From assembly GCF_006345805.1 (NCBI RefSeq), contig NW_021836043.1:1-25767 (forward strand): a DNA stretch of 25,767 bases, read 5' to 3'. The position numbers and the translations under genes were made by a program. The stretch's first letter is position 1. Each line of letters opens with the position of its first letter. This DNA comes from Octopus sinensis. Its lineage: Eukaryota. Below, one piece after another: positions 11,864-22,577 of this stretch. Below the pieces are notes generated by a model that saw only the letters and a list, made by a program, of their open reading frames with translations, was not told the DNA's origin and did not search any database.

Positions 11864-12317
11864 CACGACACACTGGTGAAAGACTCCTTAGATAAGACAC
11901 TTGATCAGCTAGAAATATAAACAAAGTTTCCACGAAATCACTTTCTAACGATTTAACAATAAATGTATTGGATAAAATAGTTCGAGTTTCGTAATTACGA
12001 AAAAACCGACAGCGCGGACAAAGCTACAAAATTTGATTATGAATATGTAGGAACAGTGCTCATATATATACTAAAAGCAACAAGAACATCAACTGTAGCC
12101 GAAGTAGCAAGTAAAACACCACCACTGCCAACAACATAAACAGCAGTAGCAGCAATAACAACAACAACAACTGCAAAAGCAATAAAAATGGTTGTCAGAT
12201 TAACGTCAGTATAAACACAGCATACGAAGGCGATTCAGGAAAGGCCGCGCACATACAGTCAGTTACAGAATACATTACATCAACTGTTACTATCAACATC
12301 ATAACGTTGGATTAAAA

Positions 12318-12476
12318 TTTTAGCACAAGGCAAGTGAGTTCGAAGGTGGCCTAGTGGTTAATAACGACTCCACTGCTCAACTGCTACTTATTTTATCGAC
12401 TCCAAAACGATGAAGATCGACCTCGACGGATTTCGAAAATAGAACTTAAAGACGGACGAAATGCCATGAAACCGCC
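12318..12476 (-). mobile_element. Degenerate tRNA-derived SINE, family B, unit 1
   Basis: Aligns to 12704-13068 (tacttattttatcgactcc...gacctcg...aaagacggacgaaat). Confidence 0.7.
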
Positions 12477-12504
12477 TTTATCCACATTATAATATGTTTC
12501 AAAG

Positions 12505-12686
12505 TTTAGCACAAGGCCTTCAGTTTTGGAAAAGAGGCTAAATCGATGATATCAACCCCAGTGATCAAATAGAAAAGATGAAAAGCAAAGTTGAACTCGT
12601 TGAAATTTGAACTCAGGAACGGAAAGACAGATGAAGCAATGCGAAGTGTTTTGACCGGCGTGCTAACAAGTCTGCCAACTCGCTGC
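12505..12686 (-). mobile_element. Degenerate tRNA-derived SINE, family B, unit 2
   Basis: Minus-strand A-box-like TGGCAGACTTG and B-box-like GAGTTCAAATT. Shares the tttagcacaagg end with unit 1. Confidence 0.75.
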
Positions 12687-12703
12687 TTTATGGTAGCAGA
12701 ATA

Positions 12704-13068
12704 ATATTAATCCTTTTTACTAAAGGCATAAAACCTGAAATTTTGGTGGGGATTTGTTTGACGTGTACTTAATGTATCGACTCCGACAGGATGAAAGGCA
12801 AAGTCGACCTCGAGGAATTTGAACTCAAGAACATAAAGACGGACGAAATAACTATTTCTTTACTACACACAAAGGGGACAAACGAGGACAGACAAACGGA
12901 TTAAGTCAATTACATCTACCCCAGTGCGTAACTGGTACTTAATGTATCGACCCCGAAAGGATGAAAGGCAAAGCCGACCTCGGCGGAATTTGAACTCAGG
13001 AACATAAAGACGGACGAAATAACGCTATGCATATTACCCGGCGTCCTTAACGATTCTGCCACCCCACC
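12704..13068 (-). mobile_element. Dimeric tRNA-derived SINE, family B
   Basis: A box TGGCAGAATCG (rc 13051-13061) and B box GAGTTCAAATTCC (rc 12985-12997). An ~88-bp block occurs twice (12765-12852 and 12935-13023). Confidence 0.85.
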
Positions 13069-13139
13069 ATCTTACATCAAAATCATAATATTAATATTTA
13101 CAACTACAATATATACGTTTACTAAACGCTTCTCGTTGT

Positions 13140-13206
13140 TTACAATGTTGTTGTTGACGATGTTATTGCTGCGGCCATATGTTGTTTTGTTCTGATTATT
13201 ATTATC

Positions 13207-13251
<45 letters not shown>

Positions 13252-13320
13252 TTATTATTATTATTATTATTATTATTGTTATCGTTGTCGTTGTTGTTGT
13301 TGTTATTATTATTTTTCTCT
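13140..13320. repeat. (ATT/ATC/GTT)n trinucleotide tract
   Basis: Direct reading. Confidence 0.9.
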
Positions 13321-13504
13321 TCACTACGGGCGTTGGTTGGGAAAGCAAAGTTCAAAATAAAAGTTACGTAAAATACAATATATAGACAAGGAAAATATTA
13401 TAATTATATAATGATGCGTTATCACCGAGCCCTTAAAGCTACATCTGTCATCCGTCACTAAACTTCCTAAACTGAAGGCATGGGATGCATGGAAAAGGGT
13501 GAAA

Positions 13505-13745
13505 CAATAGCGAACACAACAACAACAACAGCATCACCACCACCACCACCGCCATCAACATCATCATCATCATCATCATTAGAAGCAGCAGTAGCAGCAG
13601 CAGGAAGAAAGAGAAGCACGAGAACAACAGCAAACATGCGGAGAGCATTGTGTAAATCTTATTTGGCGGAAGTATCCGCTTCAAAGAATGTTGATTATAC
13701 GGATAACTATGTGATGCGGATAATTGATGATGTTGATGATGATTA
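13505..13745. repeat. Drifting trinucleotide tract (CAA-CAC-CAT-CAG, then GAT)
   Basis: Direct reading. Confidence 0.85.
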
Positions 13746-14185
13746 AACAGCAAAACAAAGAATAACATACACCTGAAAACACGCCCCCACTCAAACACAC
13801 ATGAATACAGACAGATGAGTGTGCTTGTGTGTGATGTGTGTGTGTGTGTGTGTCTTTGTAAGAGCTGTGACATTCCTAACCAAGGATTGAACCTGAGTTT
13901 TGTCCTCCAATTGTGCACTTAAAATGCATTTGGTTAGCCTTTTAGAAATTCGCTAATATCCTAGGTGTTGATGTTGTTAACCGAGTAAAAGGGATTATAC
14001 TATCAATCTCGGTGACCTGTTTCAGTTTTTAGGTAGGTAAGTATTGGTGATGACTTATAAAAACAATGCAAAACAAAATGGTTTCCTTTTGTGTCGCCAG
14101 CTTGCACGGACATTACAAAGCACCTTTCATGTGAACTTTGAAATTTTTCTTTCTTTCTATACACTGTTGGCAAACTTGGAAAAGA

Positions 14186-14224
<39 letters not shown>

Positions 14225-14229
<5 letters not shown>

Positions 14230-14294
14230 TAAGCCAAACAAGAAAGCACAATAACGCGAGGACGTGGAACAAATATAGTATTATTTGACTCTCA
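14225..14294 (-). mobile_element. Short diverged relative of the hammerhead-like repeat, truncated before the ribozyme-like segment
   Basis: aacaaatatagtattatttgactctc resembles aacaaacagatgtattagtttaacactc (14911-14938). Flanked by (TA)n. Confidence 0.45.
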
Positions 14295-14587
14295 TATATG
14301 TATATATATATATATAGTAGATGAATTGTTCTTTCCAGAAAAGAAATATTTCATCATCTTTCCAACTCGTCGTAGTTAAATATCCATGTAACGATTCAAC
14401 AAAATCTGTAGTAACTTATTTACTAATTATCGTGACTTCACTTAATACTCCCAGTAATTATTTAGTGATTACACACACTCACACACACATACGCACGCAC
14501 ACGCACATATACACACACACAGAGACACACAACCAAATAGAAAGAATGAAGTATTAACAGTAACGTACCATTCAATATAAGAAACAT

Positions 14588-14770
14588 TCTTTTATCTGTA
14601 AGTTCTTTCAGTCTTTCGACTACGGTAATATCTTGAAGAATTTTAATCGAACGAATCGAAACAAGGAATTATTTGCTTTTAAAGCCTAATTTTAAAGCCT
14701 AATTATTCTGTCGGTCTTTTTTGTCGAACGGTTTTCAAACAGTGATGGGAAACAAAAACACAGGCCCAAA
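14588..14770 (-). mobile_element. Old, degenerate 3' half of a family A SINE
   Basis: ttcagtctttcgactacgg...tcgaacgaatcga...aaagcctaattattctgtcggtcttttt aligns to 22600-22760 and 25395-25560. Confidence 0.7.
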
Positions 14771-14860
14771 CACACACACACACATACACATACATACACA
14801 CACACCTTTACATGTATGTATGTATGCATGCATGTATGTATGCATGCATGTATGTATGTT

Positions 14861-15020
14861 GGGGGAGAATTCACAAAAAAAATCAAGTGACGAAGACAGG
14901 TGGTGTCCATAACAAACAGATGTATTAGTTTAACACTCGGGAAGTGAAAAAGTCTTTAACGTTTCGAGCCTACGCTCTTCCATAGAAAGGTACACAGAAA
15001 GAAACAAAGAGAGAAAATAA
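14861..15020 (-). mobile_element. Short repeat, copy 2, carrying a complete but degenerate minimal hammerhead-like fold (14954-14989)
   Basis: The minus strand reads CTTT-CTATGGA-A-GAGC-gtag-GCTC-GAA-AC-GT-T-AAAG. Homologous to 10718-10832. Confidence 0.75.
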
Positions 15021-15217
15021 AGTAATGGTGATCCTAAAACGTAGGTGCGCGTGCGTGTGTATAAGAGAGTATGTATGTGCGTGTCGAAGAGGGTTGGTGA
15101 CCTTAACGTGTGTATGTGTAGGTGTGTGGATGTTGGACTGGGAAGTGGTCAGTGCTAGTGTGTGCGTGGTGGTGTGATGTGATGTGGTGTTGTGTGGTAT
15201 GGTGGTGTGATGGTGTT

Positions 15218-15500
15218 GGGAGGTGGGGGAGGCGAGAGTGGGGAAAGCAAGTGTGGGGTGTGGGTTAGACTGAGGGTGGGGTAGAGGTGGGGATTTTGGA
15301 AGTGGGTCCAAAGGATGGAGTGGGGGTGGGGTTACGAGTGAAGGGTGTCGATGAAGGGGAAGGGAGAAGGTGGGTCGGAGTGAAGAGATGCGAGAAGGAG
15401 AGTAGGAGTAAAGAGAAGTAGGAGCGGAGCAAGAGAGGAGAGGTAGAAGGAAGTAGGTGTGAGCGGGAGAGAGAAGGGGAGGAGGTTAGATGAAGAGGGG
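15218..15500 (+). other. G-tract cluster (putative G-quadruplex) followed by a polypurine-rich tract
   Basis: Eleven runs of 3 or more G between 15218 and 15331; GA-rich sequence at ~15350-15500. Confidence 0.6.
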
Positions 15501-15645
15501 AGAAGAGTTGAGCCCATATAGAGCAAAAGAGCGAAGAGAGAAGATTATTCCTTGTTCACGGCTCAAACGGGAATCCAGGTGGCCCCTGTGCAAGGACAGT
15601 CCGAACACAGACAGGTGTTGCAAAGAGTGGCCTGTAGAGCGGAAA

Positions 15646-15800
15646 TGTATGTATGTAAGCATTCATACATATACATATTTATACATATGCTTACATGGAA
15701 GCACACGTACATATATACATACATACATGCATACATACATACATACATACATACATACATACATACATACATACATACATACATACATACATACATGCAT
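15646..15800. repeat. (CATA)n array
   Basis: Direct reading. Confidence 0.95.
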
Positions 15801-16039
15801 CACATTTTAGCTTAAATATTCATAGATTATGTAAGATCAAAAGCGTTTAAAATGGAATTTTAATTGTTTTTTATAATTGCTATCGTTTTTGTTGTAATTT
15901 TTTTACTGTTATTGTTGTTTTTCTCTTCAGGGGAGAAAATTATTCAAGTGATGAAAACTTTGAAGAAAGGCAAAAGAAGATGAACAAACATGAAGAGGAT
16001 GAAGGAGAAAATAACAATTTTAAAAAAATGCAGTTAATC

Positions 16040-16760
16040 ACTAGTTTAAAAATATACAGAAGAGATATTGTAAGGTGAGAAGGGAATGAGGATGAGAATG
16101 TTTACTCATGGTGGAGATGTTGATGATGATCATGAAAAGGAAGAGCAGCTTCTGGGGTAGATGTAGAAGTAGGTAAAGGAGGAGCAGTTGCAGAAGAGGA
16201 TGGTGAGGAGAAGTGTGAGTGGAGAGTGAAAAAGGGAGAGTGATGTTGGTAGTAATGACGCCACACTTTGTGGTAGTGATAATAGTGATGGTGTTGGTGT
16301 TGGTGTTACCGGTAGTGGTGGGGATGCTTTTGCTACTTATGATGGTAGTATTAATGGTGATTGCGTTCACGACGGCGGCGGTGGTGGTGGTGGTGGTGGT
16401 GGTGGGAGGATATTGCCGGCGTAGGATTGATTTTTGAAATTATCACAGAGAAAATGACGACGATGATGACGATGATGATGACGATGATGATGATGATGAT
16501 GTATGTGATGACGACGATGATAATTGATTATACAGACTAAGATGACGACGATGGCGACCTCTACAACTACATTTATGATAACGACGGCTTTCGTGTGTCG
16601 GTGATGATGATGAGGAAGGAGAGGAGGAGCAGGAGGAAGAGGAATAAAAGGAGGAGAAGGAGTAGGAAGTGAAAGGGGCGTAGGTGTAGGATGATGATAA
16701 TGATAATGATGATGATGTAATTATGACGATGACGATGTTATTAATGAACATGATGATGCT
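16040..16760. repeat. Low-complexity GGT/GAT/GAG triplet-rich tract
   Basis: Direct reading. Confidence 0.85.
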
Positions 16761-17283
16761 AATTATGAAATTTTAAGTGGGCCAATGAAAATTCTAAATA
16801 GAAATAATGAGCCTGTGGAATAAAATTAATTTTAGCACTTGGAATTAATTAGAATTCTTACACAACATGGCCTGGCAGCAATACTAAAATCCGGATTTAA
16901 TTTAATGCAATTAACTTTTAATTAGTTTTCTTCAGTGAATTAATAACAGAAAGTCTGTATTAATCACTGGGAAGGGAAGAATAACAGAGAGAATATGAAG
17001 ACTAAATTAATAAAGGAAGGGAAACATTTGAAATTATTCCGCTGAGAGGAAATAGACCATTTTTTTTCTAATATGAAGTACTTAATTTCATTATGATATG
17101 CTTAGCAGATTTTTGTGGTACTTCATAAAAGTTATATAAGGTACTCTGTTGGTATAAACGGGATTAAGGGGTGGATGGAAACGCACGGTGGTTTATAGAT
17201 ACACCTTCGTTCAGAGAAGCATACAAGCAAATATATTTTGTATTAAATATTTCGATTAAATGTCAAGAAACATACGTGCATCT

Positions 17284-17284
17284 T

Positions 17285-17375
<91 letters not shown>

Positions 17376-17393
17376 GTCTGTCTGTCTATCTAC

Positions 17394-17461
<68 letters not shown>

Positions 17462-17730
17462 TTATCTATCTATTTGTCTGTCTGTATGTCTGCATGTATG
17501 TATGTATGTATGTATGTATGTATGTGTCTGTTTGCCTGCCTACCTGCCTGTCACCCTGTCTCTCTGTATGTTTGTCTGTCTAATTGTTTATTTGCCTCAT
17601 TATCTCTCTCTCTCTCAGTATATATGTGCGTTTATATATGCATATATATGTGTGTGTGCACGTGTGTGCACGTGTGTGCGCGTGTGTGTGTGTGTCTATC
17701 ATAATACACACACACACATATATATGAATC
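17284..17730. repeat. (TATC)n array grading to (TGTC)/(TATG)/(TGCC), then (TG)
   Basis: Direct reading. Confidence 0.95.
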
Positions 17731-17859
17731 TCACTGAAATCAAATCTACCTAAATACGAGGAAAGACACAAGATAATATAGTTCTAAATATGATAGTTAA
17801 TAGGATTGCTCTTTGATCAATGGTCATGTCGATGAAGATGGCCCTCAGTCTAAGGAACA

Positions 17860-17960
17860 ACAGCAGCAACAGCAGCAGCAGCAGCAGAAACAACAACAAC
17901 AACAACAACAGTAACAACAACAAAAGGAACAGAAATTACTACAACTAAAACAACAAAATG
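17860..17960. repeat. (CAG)n/(CAA)n tract
   Basis: Direct reading. Confidence 0.9.
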
Positions 17961-18120
17961 TTTCGAGTAATTCTCTGTCCAACAAATATATCAGATTATC
18001 AAGAATAGGCTACTAATATCGAAAGTGAAATCCTTGAACTACTATGACTCTTAGATCCAAAGTTATAAATTCTAGAAGTAAATGCTACATTTACTTAAAT
18101 TTACGCAACGTCTTTAGTAC

Positions 18121-18475
18121 TTATGTACGTATGTATGTATGTATGTATGTATGTATATGTATGAATGTATGTATGTATGTATGTATGTATATGTATGCAT
18201 GTATGTATGTATGAATGTATATGTATGCATGTATGTATGTATGTATGTATGTATGTGTGTGTGTATGTATGTATGTATGTATGTATGTATGGACGCATAT
18301 ATGTATGTATCTATGTACGTATGTAAGTATGTACATATGTATGTATGTATATATGTATGTATCTATGTACGTATGTATGTATATATCTATGTATATATGT
18401 ATGTATGTATATATATATATGCATGTATGTTTGTATATATGTATGTACGTATATATGTATGTATGTCTACTCATC
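18121..18475. repeat. Degenerate (TATG)n array
   Basis: Direct reading. Confidence 0.95.
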
Positions 18476-18483
18476 TACCTACC

Positions 18484-18553
18484 TACCTATTTATATATCT
18501 GTCTATCATATAAATATATATGTATATACATACATACATACATGCATACATAC

Positions 18554-18590
<37 letters not shown>

Positions 18591-18941
18591 CGGAGGCCCA
18601 TCTTCATCTTCTTTATTCGTGAGATTAGGAATTACATACATTATTTACATTTGACGGGTATTTGTACATTTGTACATACCTATTTATATGTCTGTCTAAC
18701 ATATATAAATATATATGTATATACATACATACATACATACATGCATACATACATACATACATGCATACATACATATATACATACATACACGCATACATAC
18801 ATTTATACATACACGCATACATACATATATACATATATATATAGAGAGAGACTGAGGTTCATCTTCATGTTCTATATTCGAGAGATTAGGAATTATGTAC
18901 TTTATTTACATTTGACGGGTATCTGTACATTTGACGGGTAT
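18484..18941. repeat. Tandem duplication; each unit is a unique lead, (CATA)n/(GA)n, and an ~85-bp unique segment
   Basis: Unit 1 is 18484-18676 and unit 2 is 18677-18933. acatttgacgggtat is additionally repeated at 18908-18922 and 18927-18941. Confidence 0.92.
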
Positions 18942-18953
18942 TTTTTTCTCTAT

Positions 18954-18992
18954 AGTTTCAGCTCAGAGCTGCGGCCATGCTGATGCACCGCC
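18954..18992 (-). mobile_element. Tiny 3'-terminal fragment related to the family A SINE
   Basis: gctgcggccatgctgatgcaccgcc versus gactgcggccatgctggagcaccgcc at ~22613-22638. Confidence 0.6.
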
Positions 18993-19845
18993 GTTTTTGT
19001 AAATAATGTAAATAATGTATAGACAAAAATTCACATAAAGCATGGTACGAGAGTATCTTTAAACTGGAAAGACCGCATATTGTCATCAGAAGGAAGAGTG
19101 ACAAATGTAAGATAATATACAATAATGAAACGACGGATGAAGAAGAGGTGAATACGGAGAAAGGTCAGGTGATATTAAATGAAATGTATGTCAGTAAAAT
19201 GTGAAGAAGTGGGCACGGTAAGGGAAGGAGAAAAATAAAATTAAATTGAAGTAAAGAATGGAAGACAAATCTGTCCCATCCTGTCGTTTTGAAAAGCTAG
19301 AGTATCAAAAACAGGTCATAGCATTAAGTCGGGAGGAGAATCGATTAAGTAGAGGGATATATAGACAAAAAACGTTGCGTAAAAGAAGCAGAGATACGTT
19401 TGGGAACCTGATGTAGCGTAAGTGCTTACTTGTACAAATAAGAATGGTCCGCCACGAAACTATAAAAACTAGTGCAAGAGTACCTATATAAATATGGACT
19501 ATAAAAATAGGAAAAAGCCATTTATATAAATAAAAATAATATTCTTATGTTCTTATGAGAGTCACTTATTTCGTTCCCGCTTAACTCCAACATTATCTCT
19601 CTTAGTATAAGCCCCATTCTCTGCAGTCTATGTTTCTCCGAAAAGTATCATGCGCGTCGCTATTTCTCTTCTAGTTAAACCATAAAATAGCCTACATATC
19701 TAATTCCCAGAATGAATAACTAACCTTACGTAAAGTTATACATATAAGCACTTTTGGGCGTGTCGCTTACTCCTTTTTACGAAAAGACGTGATTTAAGCG
19801 AATTCAAAGCTGAGAAACTAAGTAAATAATGATTGATTTCTCAGG

Positions 19846-20016
19846 TTGCAAATCAAAGGAAGAATCATACGATGGATTTATCATGGACACAGATAAACTT
19901 CTCAAAGTTATTTTGGTCGGACACATTATCATGAAGATCCTTTCACTATTGTAGCGTTTATTGAAACTAATGGGTTACAGGATAAACTAAGAAATATATT
20001 GAAATGGACGAAATAA
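19846..20016 (+). pseudogene. Possible highly decayed LINE (CR1/L2/Jockey-type) reverse transcriptase remnant
   Basis: One frame reads LQIKGRIIRWIYHGHR*TSQSYFGRTHYHEDPFTIVAFIETNGLQDKLRNILKWTK*. It echoes the RT motifs GI.G..L.WI and LQ.DL..I..W..NNM, but would need a large internal deletion. Confidence 0.28.
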
Positions 20017-20710
20017 TAGATGTGCAAATCTGCATTGGTTTCAGGTGTAGATCGTTTGTATATATATATATTTATATATATGTATGTACGCATGCATGTA
20101 TGTATGTGTGTATGTAAATGTGTAAAAAAAAGTGATGCGTTTGGCAGTTTAATTGAATAAATGTTGAGGTGGTGGTGGTGTTGAGGACATGACTGGCACT
20201 TGATAGATGGACAACTCTTAAGAATTATTAATATTTATGTTATACTTGGTAAATATCTAATAATATATAATATACATTCACAAACACGGAAACACAAGAA
20301 GTTCATACACATACTCGCACACACGTACTTATGTATGGGCATGTGTATATGTATGTATATATGTGTGTATGTATTTATGTATGTATGTACGTGTGTATGT
20401 ATGTATGTAAGTATGTAAGTATGTATGTATGTATGTATGTGTCAACAAGGTATTTTATCCGAAATGATCTCTTTAAGAATATATCGATAGATAGCTAAGG
20501 TTATGTCAATATAGGTGAAGTTTTTTTTTATTCTTTGCCCATGTGGGTGTATGTGTGTATGTTTGTTTATATGAGTAAAAATGTATGAGATTAAGTATAT
20601 ATGTGTGTGGGTGTGAACGTGTATATGTATGAGTGGTCTTGATAAGTATATTTTGTAGGAGAGGAGAATTGATGATCGTAGAATGTATATATACATATAT
20701 ATATATTTAT

Positions 20711-20746
20711 ATTTATGAATGCATACATATACAATACACATATACG

Positions 20747-20788
<42 letters not shown>

Positions 20789-20817
20789 GAATGCATACAT
20801 ATACAATACACATATAC
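20711..20817. repeat. Exact 35-bp direct repeat separated by (TA)n
   Basis: atttatgaatgcatacatatacaatacacatatac at 20711-20745 and 20783-20817. Confidence 0.95.
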
Positions 20818-20834
20818 ATTATCTCTCTCTCTCG

Positions 20835-20907
<73 letters not shown>

Positions 20908-20929
20908 TACTAGACGATTCGATATCACC

Positions 20930-21730
20930 ATCGTCCCCAACTGCTGGTAACGTCAATTCTTCCATCACCACCAATACCATCATTCTCCATCTGCATCTTG
21001 ACGACAACGACCACCACTACCACCACCGCGCCAGCACCAACTTCTCTTTTTCTAAATCGTTACCACCACCATCATCATTACTATCACCATAATCGCCACC
21101 GCTACTAGAAGTACGCCAATATTCATCATCATCATCAATAAGACTATAACTGTATCTTTCACCACTGCATGAACCAGCATCGGTGCCATCATAAGAACCA
21201 TAACCATTTGTATAACAGCATAATTTACCAACCACTCCACCAGTAACAAACCTCCCTCCACCATTATTATCACTCCTGACTACCACCACCATTACCATCA
21301 CGCCACCACTCCCACTACCACCACCACCACCACCGTACCACCGTACCACTGTTAAGATCTCGTACGATCACTTGTGCCACAATCAAGACGACTATCAAAA
21401 CTACACCACCACCACCACCATCACCACACCACCACTACCATCCCCACTGCTACCATCTTTTTCTTACCTCTCTTACTACCACCACCACTACAATCACAAC
21501 CACAACCACCAACACAATAGTCTATATCTACCTTCATTGCTTCCACCGTTATGGCTCCCCTGTGAACCACCACACACATCACCTATACTACCACCTTCAT
21601 TAACTTCACCACCGCCAACCTTACGACGGCTACAACCACAACACAATGGCCATCACCACCACCACCACCACCACTAACGCCACCATCATCGCCACCACCG
21701 CCACCACCGCCAACACCACCATCACTATCT
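20930..21730. repeat. Low-complexity ACC/CAC/CAT triplet-rich tract
   Basis: Direct reading. Confidence 0.85.
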
Positions 21731-22049
21731 TCATCTTGAAACACCATTGACATTATTAATATAAAAATTCCCTTTCCAAAATCATATATAAAAATGTCGC
21801 GTTATCGTTCTATAAGACCTTATCAAACAAAGCCAGCATTCAGTTCCATTAAAGCATTCTTGACCACAGTCCATTCTGTATGTCACCTACCCACTGCCAC
21901 AAAATATAAGCAGCCATGATATCACCCCCCACTCCAACCGCGACCTACCCACGCTAGATTGATCACAGAAAGGTCGAAACGGGAACAAAAAAATATATTT
22001 TCGTTTGCAAATCGTCAAACTTAATATTTCCTTATTTCCTTGTTCTTAT

Positions 22050-22494
22050 TTTTGTTGCTCTTACTGCTGTTGTTGTCGTTGTTGCTGTATTTGTTCTTGT
22101 CGTTATTGTTGGCATTGCTACTTTTGTTGTTGTTGTTGTTCTTGGTTTGCTTGTTGTTGCTGTTATTAGTTTTGTTGTAATTGTTGTTGTTGCAGCTGTT
22201 ACCCTTACCGGCGTTTGCTATTATTGTTGTTCCCTGTTAGTGTTCGATTCGCTGTGTTTGTTATTGTTGTTGTTTTGGCTGCCGATTTTGTTCTTGTTGT
22301 TGTTGCTTCTAATAATTTCGTATTTCTGGTTGTATTTTGTAATATATTACTCTTTCACTTTCTTCCGCTACATTTTTTTGGTGTGTAATAGTTGATATAT
22401 TTTCGTCGTGGCTGTCGATTTTGATGGTAGAGCGTCGTTATTGTTGCTGTTACTGTTAGTATTGTACTAGTTATAGTTGATAAAGTCACACACA

Positions 22495-22536
<42 letters not shown>

Positions 22537-22560
22537 TACACACATATATACACATACGTA
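22050..22560. repeat. (TTG)-rich tract followed by (CA)n
   Basis: Direct reading. Confidence 0.85.
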
Positions 22561-22577
22561 CACCCAGACATATTCTG

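Noticed and set aside
11987-12002. Perfect 16-bp palindrome TTTCGTAATTACGAAA
   Set aside because: It is isolated and AT-rich with no associated element, so it is not interpretable.
12346-12362. ggtggcctagtggttaa looks like a plus-strand tRNA A box
   Set aside because: It aligns as the degenerate tail of a minus-strand family B SINE; there is no B box or cloverleaf.
13965-14036. Possible exon ending at a perfect AG|GTAAGT donor
   Set aside because: The acceptor is weak with the branch motif too close, and all frames are closed. An isolated donor is expected by chance.
15572-15585. CTCF-like CCAGGTGGC
   Set aside because: The first three core positions mismatch the consensus.
21794-21919. 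41-aa ORF MSRYRSIRPYQ... with an AAAATG context; start recalls protamine MARYR
   Set aside because: The remainder is not Arg-rich, and ORFs of this length are expected at random.
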